A DNA stretch of 64,000 bases, from assembly GCA_050273025.1 (NCBI GenBank), contig CP158635.1, forward strand, positions 22,630,001 to 22,694,000, read 5' to 3'. This stretch comes from Cenococcum geophilum (lineage: Eukaryota). A model generated the notes under the pieces. It was not told the DNA's origin. It made no database searches and saw nothing but the letters and a program-made list of their open reading frames with translations. This document shows, in pieces, positions 50,980 to 63,237 of the stretch (position 1 is its first letter; each line of letters opens with the position of its first letter). Made by a program: the position numbers and the translations under genes.

Positions 50980-53900
50980 TGTAATGGAACCTTATAGCAA
51001 GTACTACAATAGGCTCGTTAATAGGCTAGGTGTGTAGGTGATGTAAATTAAGTCAATAACGTAATAATAACTGGTGGAGTGGTTACCTAATAGATTAACT
51101 CTAATTATATTCTAAGAATTACTATAAGGAAGAAACTATCTAGGTAGGGACTGTAGTCCTTTAAATACACGACCGTACTCCTATAAAATCCTTCTTATAC
51201 ATAATATATATATTATACATAAGGTACGTAAGTTCCTCTTATTTCTCTTGTTTAATACGTGGCATATTATATAACTCGCTTACTATTCTTTATTACATAG
51301 CTCTACTAGCTCTATCCTAGACCGTGTTTATATTAACTAACTAGCTTCTTCTAACTCTTCTTTAAGTAGTTATAACATTGTACTTAAAGCGTCCGTAACA
51401 CTATCTCCCTCCTCTTTATCTTTATCTTTAAAGATTCCTAGCATCTCTAAGTTATTTACTAAAGGTATAATATCCGTCTAATTAATTTAGTTAATATCGT
51501 TACTTATTATACCTAAAGCTTCTTCTTCTTTATACGCGCAACGTTATACCCGTACTATTACTGCTATATTATCGCTTAGTAAAATAATACCGTCTCTATA
51601 TTCTCGTTATATAAAAGAGGGGTTAGTTTATATTACGTTGGTAAGTCCTTCCTCCCGGCAACCCTCTTTATGTTTAGAGTGTACTAAAGCAAACATTTAT
51701 TCCTCCTATAACGTTTATTCTACTTTTAACGCTAAGTATACGCGTCCTATAACTCTTAATAGTCTCTAAATTCCCTAAGTAATTTATTATAGGGTCTCGT
51801 GTTTAAACTATTACTATAAAGCTAGATGGTAACCTAGCGTAGGCCCTTATTAAGCTTAAGCGTTCTTAAGATATAGAACAGAAGACCCTAGATGCTCGCA
51901 TTGTGGCGTTTATTCAGCTACTTTGTTTTAAGAAAGTGCGTAAGAAGGTCTATTTTAAGGAGTAGAAGCTAGTAGAATAAGGTCTATAGGAACTTGGTAA
52001 TAAAAGAACTAACTTTCTTCCTATAGTAAAGGGAACAACTCTAAGTAGTTTAGTAGTCGCTCTTCCTAGGTCCCCCTTAGGTAACTTATTCTTTAGCGAT
52101 CCTTCTTTATTAATATTGCCTAACCTATTTTCTTCTAATACTCCTATACCTTTCCTATAGCGTTCTTTAGATTTTCTAATAGTTCCTAGGTAGTCTTATT
52201 GTAGCCTATCTACTTAACCTCGTATTATATTTTATTATTAACGTTCTTATAACTAATAATCTTTAAAACTTGCTATTTATCCTCTTCTTACCCTTTATAT
52301 ATATCTGTCTTGTAAACTAGTAGCTTAATATTCCTATATACTAGCTCTAGTATTGCAATATACTGTATAGGGTAGATTTTTATCTTAGCTAGTAGGTTTA
52401 ACTTAAATATAACCGGTAAAATCCTCTATATAATTTTAAAAGGTCCTAGTTTAACATAGTCTAACTTCTTACTTAGTTATTAACTCTTAAAGTTTTTATA
52501 TAGTAGCTATACTTTATCTCCTTCCTTAAGATCTGGTCCCTCAGATCTCTTAACGTTATAGTATTTTTTTATTCTCTATTATACTACCTTAGCTGTTTTT
52601 ATAAGGTTTTTATAAAGATTTATTAATATCTCTATTCTTTACTTAGCTATACTACTTATTTTCTTTACTTAACGTAGCAATAACGATGTTCTTAGTTCGT
52701 ACCCGTAATTCGCCTTAAATAGTAATATACCTATTCCTTCCTATAGTATTATATTATATATAAACTATATAACTGGTAATAATAATACCTAATTATTCTA
52801 TACGTGATTAATATAGTGCCTTAAATACTACTTTGGTGTCTAATTTAATCTTTCCGTTTTACCGTCCGTCTGCGGATAATATATAGTAGAAGTTACTACT
52901 CTAACTCCTTATTTTACTAAAAATACCTCTTAGAATACTACTATAAATCTTAAATCTCTATCTAATATAATCTTACTTAGTACTCTATATCTTGCGAATA
53001 CTTCTTTAATATAGATTCTAGTAACATCTTCTGCTAATATCTCTTCTGTATACGCTATAAAGTATCCCTACTTTATAAGCTTATCTACTATTACTAAGAT
53101 TACGTTATAATCTTATCTAGTAATAGGATCTCTTAATTTTGGTAGCTTAATAATAAAGTCCTATAATATAACCTCCTATAGTCTTTCTGGTATTTTAATA
53201 GGTTATAGCCCTCTATATAGCTTATACCTCGTTAGTTTATTTCTTTAGCAATCTAGATATTCTCTTATAACCCTTCTAGCTAGGTTCTAGATTCTATTAA
53301 TAATATACTCCTCCTAGAGTCTTAACACTAAGCCCGTAGCTCTATTATGTCCTTAAGTTAATCCTTTATAGAAATCTTCTATAAACTACTCTGCTATGCT
53401 TCTTAGAATATACTTTACTTCTCGGTTTTTGTATATATCCATCTATAGATCTTCTAGCTATACTTTTAGAATCCTTTATGCCTAAAAGCTTTCCGGTATC
53501 TTATAGATTCTTTTTAACTTATTTTCCTAAGTTACTGCAATTTTTAGATGATTGTATCTAATTAATCTATCTATATCTTTTCGCAGTAAAGCCCCTAATG
53601 GCTTTTTATTATTTTGCAGTTTAGCTTTTTAACTTAACGCGTCGGCTCGCGTATTGTCTATACCCTTAGTATACTAAATCTCAAAATAGTATTCTATAAG
53701 TATCTCCGCCTATCTAACCTATCTTTAGTTAAGTTCCTTTATTATTAGGAATCTTATTAAGTTCTTATAATCCGTCTTAACTATAAATAGTTTCTCTATA
53801 CCTTATAAGAATGCTCTCTATTCCTTTAGTGCTATAATTATACCTAACAACTCCTTATTATAGATGTTGTAGTTTAGTTCTAGTAGTATTATCTTCTAAC

Positions 53901-56900
53901 TATAGTATGCTACTAGATGCTATCTATCTAGATACTTCTATATAAAGCATACCCCTAGTATAAAGTCTAATACGTCCATTTCTATAACCGTCTCTAGACC
54001 TGGTTAATAGATCTTAAGAACTAGCTCCTAGGTAAATAACCTTTTAACTTCCTTAAATAGTTTTTATTATTCCTTTCCCTATACCTATAGTTCTTCTTTT
54101 TTTATTAGCCGCGTAAATGGTTTAATATCCTTTAACCATTACGCTATAAACCTTCTATAGTAATTATAAAACCCTAAAAACAATCTTAACTGCGTAACGT
54201 TCTCTGGTTCTTGCTAATTTACTATAGCCTCGATCTTCTTTAGATCTATACTAAGTTAGCCTAGTTTAATAATAAATCCTATAAAATTGGTCTTCCTAGT
54301 AAAGAACTCGCATTTTTTAATTGCTACTAGCATCTATTCCTCTTGTAGTCTCCTTAAAACCTATTTAATATATTCTTCGTATTCTTCCTTAGTTATTAAG
54401 TAAATAATATTATTATTAAGATATACTATAATAAATTCATCCAAGTATTCTCCTAATATATTATTAATTCGCTTCTAGAACGTTGCTGGTGCGTTTATAA
54501 GCCTAAATTATATAACTAATAGTTTATATAGTCCTTCCTTTAACCTAAAGGCTGCCTTTTATTTGTTGCCTTTCTTAATTCTAATCTAATAGTATACCTA
54601 TCTTAGATCTATCTTTATAAAGATTTACGTATTACCTATCCTGTCTTAGATTTCACTAATTAAGGGTAAAGGATACCTATCCTTTCTAGTGATGCTGTTT
54701 AACTATCTATAGTCAATACATAGCCTTAGTTTACTATTTTTCTTTAGTACGAACAGTACTGGATAACCCGCTAATAACTATAATAGTCTAATATATCCCT
54801 TTTATAAGTTCTCTTAAATAAACTCTTTTAGTACTCTACCTTCTTCTTTAGTAAGCTTATAGATTGGAAAGAACCTTAGACTTATTCCTAGTTCTAATTC
54901 TATTTTATAGTCCTATGCCGTATACTTTAATAGCTTTTCACTTTCTAGTGACTACAGCTTCTTGCCGTACTTGTAGTATCTCTTTAATATATAACTTAGC
55001 CCTTTTTCTATTTCCTTGTAGGTCGCCCCTACTTAGTACTATACCATCTTAGCTTGTTGTCGCATCTTATATTATTAAGTATCCTTAATATTAACTTAAC
55101 CTATAACCCAATTGATCTTTAGATTGTATTTCTATAACTAAGGTATTTCTAATACTGCCTTATTATTCCCTAATGGTAATATATTAAAAGACATTTTAAC
55201 TTATCTTCCTTTAATGGTTAACTAAATAGGTCCTATTTTAAGATTAATAATACCTTCTCTATAGGCTATTAGATCTCCTGAAATTATTATTAATAGGTAA
55301 GGATGTTCTTTCTTCCTATATGGTAACCCTATTCTTTTAACTGCTATTAGCAAGATATGGTTCCTTATTGCTCTGCTATCTATTAGTACCTTAAACTACT
55401 AATCTTACCATTTAATTTATAAATTTAGGTATTGTCCTTAAATTCCTTTAAGGGTCTAAGGCTTTACTACTAGCTCCCTTTAGTCCCGTGGGTCTTTACT
55501 TTTCCTAACTATTAGCTGCTAGATCCTATTTATACTTAGTCTAACCTAGGCCAATACTTAGTTCGCTTTTTGTCTTTAATATACCATAGATAGGTATTCT
55601 CTAGATATTCCCACTATTATCGTCTATCTAGGTATTCTTCCGTAAGAAATCTTCCTGGTTAAAGTATTAAGTCCCTTTATTCTTAAACTTCTACTAAATA
55701 CCAACTATGTATATACTTAGCGTTTTGATATTTTGCCTTATCTATTAACTAATATATCCTTACTAGATATTTCCGATTCTTATCCTTAGGTGCTCTATAT
55801 ATGTTATATATATTATCCACATATGCAATTTATACTAACGTGTAATGTGCTTAGTGTCTTAGGTTAACCCTTAGCTTATCTTCGTCCTTAAGTTTAAACC
55901 TCTCTTATGTTAATCTAAGCATTGTAACTTTATTTATAGGTACTAAGATTTGTCTTTTACTTCTCTAGTCCTCTAATTACTCCTTTAGATCCTTTAATAT
56001 TATAATTAAGGCTCCTTTAATGTGATTTATAGCCTTTTCTATAATTGGGTGGTCTTAGATAACTTTTTCGTCCAACTATATATAGAAATCTTCTTACTCG
56101 TCGTTGTGTTATTGTCTATACCACTTTTAGTATAACCCCTTAAGTATATACGGTTCGTCCGTAAGGAAGTATCTTCTTATTACTATATTATAACAGCCTT
56201 TTATATATCGTTCTTCGAATCTAGTTAAAATCTCTAAATCCTCCTCTTATTCTAGTTTAGTAAGTTACTTAGCTCTTAATATACCTGCTCTAGGCCTATT
56301 AGTAATCTTTTATATAAGTGCTCTATCCCTTATATGTCCTAATGTGCTAGATCTCTTATCTAGTTTCTATTCTTACTATGAGGTAATTCTTGCTCTAAAT
56401 TCCTCTATGGTTTCTTTCTTTTTGCGTCTTATAAGTAGATCCTTAAAGTCTTCTTACTTCTTAATCTCTATATTAACTTTTTAATCTTTAGGCTAAATAC
56501 TATATTTACCTAGTAAGTCTTCTAGGTCTATATACTTATCTCTTAGTTTAACTACTGTTTATATTATAGATTCTCTAATCTATAGAGAAGCTCCTTACTT
56601 CTTGCCTATAGGTTCCCTTATTTATACTCTAAATCTTTAGTCCCTTAGATTCTTTAATTCTAAGCTTACTAACTTAAGTTTAGCTCCTGCCTTAGTCTAA
56701 TTAGGCTTAGGTGTTCTTATCTTATCTTAAGAGTCTTAAATCTTACTTATCTCATTTTAAGAGTCTTATACCGTTAGGAACTCTTATCCTAAGCTTATTT
56801 ATATGTTTTTAAACTAAGCTACTGCCCTACTCTATTAGTTTTTATCTATTATAGGTCCTTAGGTATGCCTTATCTCGTCTTAAGAATCTTAGTTATTTCT

Positions 56901-58945
56901 TATCTTATCTTAAGAATCTTAAGCCTTTGGCCTTTTGCCTTTATTAAGTAGTGAATTAGCACTAGCAGTCATTTGCTTACTTAATCTCTATAAAATGCTC
57001 TTCCTTCCGTCTTATAAAGCGATGGATGCTGTATCTAACGGTGTTATAATTCCCGTTATTAAACCTTGCTCTATAGCGGTTTTAGTCTCTACTTCTAATA
57101 TAACTTCTCTGAGGTTTACACGCTTTTAGTAAGCTGCCCTTATTACCTTATTGTCTGTAAATGTTTCGCCTATATTAAACTTATCGTCTTTAATATCTAA
57201 TCTACGTAATGGTTCGTTAGTCCCTCTATATTTTATAGGGTTTAGCTCCTATAGCTAATAGCTTACGCCGTACTTAGCGTCTTTATAAATTTGGCATGCG
57301 TTATTATAGTAAAACGCGAAACTTTTAATTGAACACTCTTTTGTTCCTTATAGTATACTATTATCCTTTTATACGCATATGTCTTCTATTACTAGTCTAG
57401 TTCCCTTTATTATATAGTAACTCCGACTATCTTTATAATCCCTCGCGAAATAACCTTATTTCCCACAATTTATATAAGCTCCGTCTCTAAACCACTAACT
57501 TTACTATAAAGTCCGCCTAAACATCTTCTACTACTAAGATCCCTGGTTTAGCCTTTGTTCCTTAGTCCTATAATTACTAGATCCTTAACCTCTAGGTTTT
57601 TATAATTTCTTATTCCATCTTTTATAGGTTTCTTTAATACTACTTAGGTCTATTAGCTCTACGCCATACCATAGTTTTTAACTTAGCTTTAGTTGTTACG
57701 TACTTTGCGTCTTATATAACTATAGAACTCTATCCTAGCCTTGCTTGGCCTATTCCCTTTAGTAGATCCTATTATTAATCTTTATCGCTTAATCTATTAA
57801 ATCTTTTAGGGTATCCGCATCTTTTATTAGGATAATTACGTTTTAGACTTTAGCCTTAAGTCCTTATTTATACTATGCTATAAGCCTTATTATTCCACTT
57901 AACTTATATAGCTAGCGTTTAGAACTATATTATATACTTAATTACTAAGGTTTGTTGCGTAATATCTTAGAGTTTTCTTTCCGCTATGGTTACTGCCTCT
58001 AAATCTCTAAACATTTATATAAGTCGCTCTATAAATCCTTCCTAACTTAAGAACATAAACTGCACCTCTTAGTTAGTGGTTGTTATTCCATTCGCCTGTA
58101 TTTCTATAAGGTAGGGCTTAAACCACTTAAGCGCCCTTCCTAACAGGAATAGCCCTGCGTACGCTATTCGATCTATAGATATTAGTAGCTTTGCTCCTTC
58201 TTATATTACCTTAAAGTGCATTTATATAAGAAATCCCTTAAGCTTTAATCTCTTTCCTAAGAATCTCTCGATTAAAGGTAATTTAATCTTTACTACCCCT
58301 ATCCCGTTAATCCTTTATTTAAGTATTATATTATTTTCTATTAACTGGTTAACTATCTCTTATAGTTGTCTAACCGTCACAGGTTATTATAAGTCAGTAT
58401 CTGCTATATTGGTGTCACCTCCTAACCTTAAAGTAGTTGCCGCCGTTAATAGCGTTATAGTGGCTGCTTTTGGTAGCATGTTATTTAACTTCTTGTATTT
58501 AATACTATAACTAGGTAGTAATTATGTAATGAAACCTTATAGTAAGTACTACAATAGGCTTGTTAATAGGCTAGATGTGTAGGTAATGCAAATTAAGTTA
58601 ACAACGTAATAATAACTAATGGAGTGGTTGCCTAATAGATTAACTTTAATTATATTCTAAGAATTACTATAAGGAAGGAACTATCTAGGTAGGGACTATA
58701 GTCCTTTAAATACACAACCGTACTCCTATAAAATCCTTCTTATATATAATATACGTATTATATATAAGGTACGTAAGTTCCTCTTATTCCTCTCGTTTAA
58801 TACATAGCATGTCATATAACTCGCTTACTATTCTTCGTCATATGGCTCTACCGGCTCTATTCTAGACCGTGCTTATATTAACCAACTAGCTTCTTCTAAC
58901 TCTTCTCCAAGTAGTCGTAATATTGTACTTAAAGCGTCCGTAACA
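50980..58945 (-). mobile_element. Full-length chromoviral Ty3/gypsy element G (7966 bp; Pyret/skippy-like architecture by inference)
   Basis: 421-bp LTRs at 50980-51400 and 58525-58945. TSD ggcac (50975-50979, 58946-58950). PPT complement ctatctccctcctcttt at 51401. Gag ATG ~58479, CCHC knuckle (~57435-57477), protease 'LIDSRA' (~55370-55388), RT 'YLNNIIIY' (~54405-54425), RNase H, integrase, chromodomain (~52160-52290). Confidence 0.96.
51509..52193 (+). pseudogene. Antisense spliced gene in element G: Zn(II)2Cys6-like cluster plus coiled coil (~210 aa), RIP-degraded
   Basis: Exon 1 (51509-51737) is stop-free: 'I(M)PKASSSLYAQR...PSL-Y-SR-Y-IKEGLV-Y-ITLVSPSSRQPSL-C-LE-C-TKANIYSS-Y-NV' (TAT<-TGT). 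Intron 51738-51792 ((g>a)tacgc...tag). Exon 2 restores 'W-SRV*TITIKLDGNLA*ALIKLKRS*DIEQKTLDARIVAFIQLL...'. Confidence 0.72.
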
Positions 58946-58950
58946 GGCAC

Positions 58951-59031
58951 AGATAGGTAGGTATAGATAGGTAGGTATAGATAGGTAGGTATAGACAGGT
59001 AGATATAGATAGGTAGGTAGGTAGGTAGGTA
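58951..59031. repeat. (TAGG/TAGA)n microsatellite, continuing at ~50940-50974 on the other side of element G
   Basis: agataggtaggtatagataggtagg... repeated; the same motif lies immediately left of G's left TSD. Confidence 0.85.
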
Positions 59032-62000
59032 TTATACCTAGTTAGGAAATTAGTATACAATTAGTAGATTATTAGAAATACTATTAATTAACAATTTAGA
59101 GCCTCTATAAAAGGCTTCCTAGTATTAGTTACAATTAGAAGTTTAGTGTTAAGGAGCGGGTATAGGGTATAAAGGGTAGGACCTTACAGCAAGGATATAA
59201 TGGAGGCAGAAGTTTATTGACGTTAAAAGCGGCGGTTGGCTAAGCGAAGGAGTGATCTAAAAACGGGTACTAGGGCCCCGCTAAACTTAAAGAGGTAGCG
59301 CACCTAGATATAGTTTACACCAATGCTCGATGTAATCTAACATATTGTATTAATCACACACCAGTTTTGGAGGACTACCAAAATGGCATTGACAATTTAT
59401 TTGACATCTACATGCAAATTATTAATCCTAATACAAGCTGGGGGCTGACCAACCCACGCCTAACATGATTTTGAGAACGCACAAAGCAATTGAAATAGAG
59501 TTCTCTATAAGATTGGTAATGCCCGGACATGTTTGATATTACCCCGATTCCTGCAGCTAGAATCCTACAATATGGTAACTAGGAGCAAGACACTCCAGTG
59601 GCCGCCCACAGGATTATCTCATCAATTGCGGTCGTTGCGTGAGTCTCCTTCCCATAAAAGTAATCACGTCGTGCCCATTTTGGAAGTAGATCTGGGCCCA
59701 TTTCTCGAAATCAAGCCACATATCGATCCAACATAAGCATCAGCATCAGCACCAGCATCTCGCTCACCGAAGATTAATGTATCGTACAGAACACGCATTC
59801 GCTGGCAAGACGCCACAACCATTCGACGTTGAGCGTCAGCCGCCATTACATCAGCGCCCCTCTCGCCTCACTTCCCGATGCAGCAACGACAGATTGAGGC
59901 TGGTCGCAAAAGCTGACAACCATTCCTAACACCGCGTTCAATACCTGCATGCCGTAATCGTGTAGTCCGTAATGGTAACCAAAGCTTAAAAAAGGCACAC
60001 CCCATGCAAGCTCAGCGCTGGGCGCTGAGCGCTCCGCATCCACCAACCCCAAACGGGCCTGGGTTCACGGACTTTACCATTTTTACCGACTTCTGCCTGT
60101 AAACGCCCCGCAGAAGCGCCCATCGCACACCCACTTGCGCAGCCTGCTCTCCCGCTGCACGCAAGCAGTTTGCTGCCGACCTTTCTCAGATCAGCGCCCC
60201 CGCCACACGTGGTTACCCCGGGCCCCACGAACCCCGCCGGGGCTCGACCAACCCCCAGCAAACCTCCCGTTCGCCTAAGCACCTCGCCCGATACTGGCAC
60301 GCTCCGCAGCAGAGGGGCGTGGCCTGGCGTCGTCAAAACTGCCCGCACCGTCTTCGCGTAACTATGACAGGCAGGTTCCGGAGCATTTTCTTGCGTGCTT
60401 TTTTTTTTGGCTGCTGGTGCTGGTGCTGGCTGGTTGCTGCTGCTGGTGTGAGCCATACCTTTGCTTTTCGCTGCCCGGTTTTTCGCTGCCCTGCCGTGCG
60501 GCCCCCCCCCAATTGACGGCGCCCGCTGGCCATTGGGGACTGCACATGGCGCTTCCTTTGCTCGGTGTTTTGGCATCACGGCGATGGGCGCTTCGATGGG
60601 CGCGCAAAAAGAAGAGCGAGGTTGTCCGCCTGACCGTTTCTTCGGCCTGTAGGGCCGAGCCGGAACAGCTTTTCGGCCGTCCATCTTGCTCTCTCGCGCT
60701 GATTACTCGTGCGTGAAGCGAAGGAGGGGGGAGGGGTGTTTGGCACATGGGAGGCGCGGGCACGGCGGCTCGCGGAGCGTGCGGACTCTATTTTGGGGGC
60801 TGAGAAGGAGGGGTGTGAGGGGCTGGGAGGTATCGAGGACGGAGGGCGGTGGTTGGCGAGATGTGATGTTGCCTGCGTGAATCACGATGGAGGGAACAAG
60901 AAAGCGTTTTGAAACACAATTCGCTCGTAATTGGTCCCCCAGGGCGGGTATCATGCGAACGGCTGCGAATCGCCGGAAGCGGCGACCGCGAATGCAGGAC
61001 CAAGGGCGGAGGGGTAGGCGGTGATCGCCTGTTACCGTCTAAAAACAACGCAGAACGAGTCGTGAGGGTGTGGTAGTTTCCGGAACGTCTACAGGCGAGT
61101 CAGACCTACAGGCGAGTCAGGCCGGGTCCTGGCGGGCTGCCAGTTCCCTCGGCGCGAGGTAGAGTTGTATACTGGGATTTGGGCCGGGCACCCACGGTCG
61201 CAAAGACTGTCACTTCAAGGCACAGCTAAGTCATCTGGTGTTGGAGATGTCACAGGGCACAATCTCTCACGCCGTTCAAACAGGAATCTGGAATTGTCGA
61301 ATCAGCAGCGTGCGCAGGGGGTTGGTCCAGACGAGGCCGGGAGAGGCGTGTGCAGAATGCAAAGAAGCGCGGACGCCGGGCAACACTGATCGGCTCGTGC
61401 TCTCCCGCTTGTTGCCTGCTGCGCTGCTCGCCCCAGGGGTACCGCGTGCGACTGTGACGGCCAATCTGCCTTTTCTGCCTCGCGTTTCGCAAGATCCCCG
61501 GTGGAGGGCCAAAATATCTTTGGAATGCATTTGCCGTGTTGCTGCCTGCACGCTCATGCAAGGGCCCCCGTAAGCAGAACAATCGCCAAGCAAGCTGTCA
61601 AAACCTGCTCACTGGTTCCATTAATATAAATTTCCTATGGTGTCGGAGAATGCCAGGCAATTATTAACTGGACGGGCTTTGTAATGAGCCACACACCACC
61701 AACGTCAATGCCAATCCTAGTAATGACCCAGAAATATTGGAGCCCCATGCAGTGACATATCGATTCCCACAAAGTCCGTGGAGTGACCCACCACCATGCC
61801 CAGCCCGTCCCAAGATTAGAAAGCAAGTTATGGCAGAGCATGGTGTATCGGAGTAGTACCAACGGCGTGGGAGGCCTCCCAATCCTGAAAAAAGTAACGT
61901 CTGCTACTGGACTAACTCCCCACGGGCATCATCGTTGCACTGACATTAATGTGTTGCGAATGGCAAAAACGCGCACCGTATCGATCGCCCTGATCGTCTC

Positions 62001-63237
62001 TCTGCTCTGCTTCGTTTCGCGTCTCTGCTTCGCTCTGTGCCGCGCTCTCTCCAGCCCCGAAAGGCTGATCCCTTTCCTCACCATCGTCGTGACTTGCAGC
62101 TGACAACCCGAGCCGCCAGCCAGCCCGCCCATCCGCCCGCCGCATAAGCCTTCATAATCGTATTGCGTATCCTTCCATGCGTGCTTCCATGCGCGCGGGA
62201 CCGCACTTGCAGGCTGCCTTCTTTCAGCGCGGCAATGGTAGGGCTGATTGCTGGGGGCTGAGCTCCTCTGAGACCCTGTCGCACCAGTAGAGCCTCGCGA
62301 GCGGCCTAGAAGCGCCGCCGAGGTGCTGTTGGATATGTTTCGAGTGACTGGAGGTCGGGGCGCTGGTGACACCGCTGGCGCGCGCAGAAAGTGTGAAGAT
62401 GTCTCTCTGTCGGAGCACGCACCGGGCTTGGCCCTGAGGGTGTAGGGGCCGCGAATCTCAGTTGCTGCAGCCTAACTGCCGTATCGTGATGGGTGGGTCG
62501 CACGGTGAAGATTCACCTTCCATCTGTTCCTTAACGTGTTTCGCATGCAATGCGGCGGGCGTAAGGGAGAGTCAAAAATTTGGTAAGATGGGGGCGGCGA
62601 AAAAAGGGTGAGGGAAAAAACGTATCGTTCACACAACGGATCAAAAAAGCACTGAAGATAGGAGTCACTAGTAGGCAGCTTTCAAAGTATTGTAACGAAT
62701 AGAAGTGTAGATTTTTGGCTTTGCAGCCCCAATGGATGTATTGAAATCCAGTTCTAGGTAATTCTGAAATGTCAAACCCATTTCCCACACACCCCCAAAA
62801 ACCAATCTGAATCCAGCCCAGACGCACCACCGTTGAGAAAAAAAAGGGGGAATATCCTTCGCAGTGAAAACTTTTCCTGACCGTCGTAAACCCAGCGTTT
62901 CGCAAATGCAAGGACCGCTTGAACGATGACTCGAAAGAGACAATCATGTGAAAAAACCTCATCGATCCATGCTCCAAGTGACCCTGTGATGTGATGGCTA
63001 GAGAGCCGCCGCCCAATGCATATGCTTTTCCCAGTCATCGGAACCTAGTAGTACAGTCTTGATCATTTCCCAAAGCAAAAAAAGGATTGCAGAATTACAA
63101 TTAAGCAAGAAACGAAAACGCAGCAAGTGGTATCTCGCAATCAAGCAAGTAAGCAAACAAGCAGGAAAGGTGAGAGTCCAGTAAAATCGACCAAACAAGC
63201 CAACCATAAACGCCAGCGCCAGCGCCAGTTCAACCAT

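Noticed and set aside
51420..52150. Sense-strand C-terminal extension of G pol (or env-like ORF) after the chromodomain
   Set aside because: The frame has only RIP-type stops but no recognisable motif. The opposite strand explains the region better (Cys6 pattern, intron, coiled coil).
61089..61120. Direct repeat ctacaggcgagtcag x2
   Set aside because: A single short local duplication with no associated element or further copies.
59533..63237. Many overlapping 60-230 aa ORFs on both strands in the GC-rich part (e.g. 59986-60684, 61783-62103, 62531-63016)
   Set aside because: No recognisable domains, mutual overlaps and low-complexity runs, as expected by chance in GC-rich intergenic or UTR DNA. 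No convincing signal peptide plus Cys-rich effector pattern. A small spliced gene cannot be excluded without RNA-seq.
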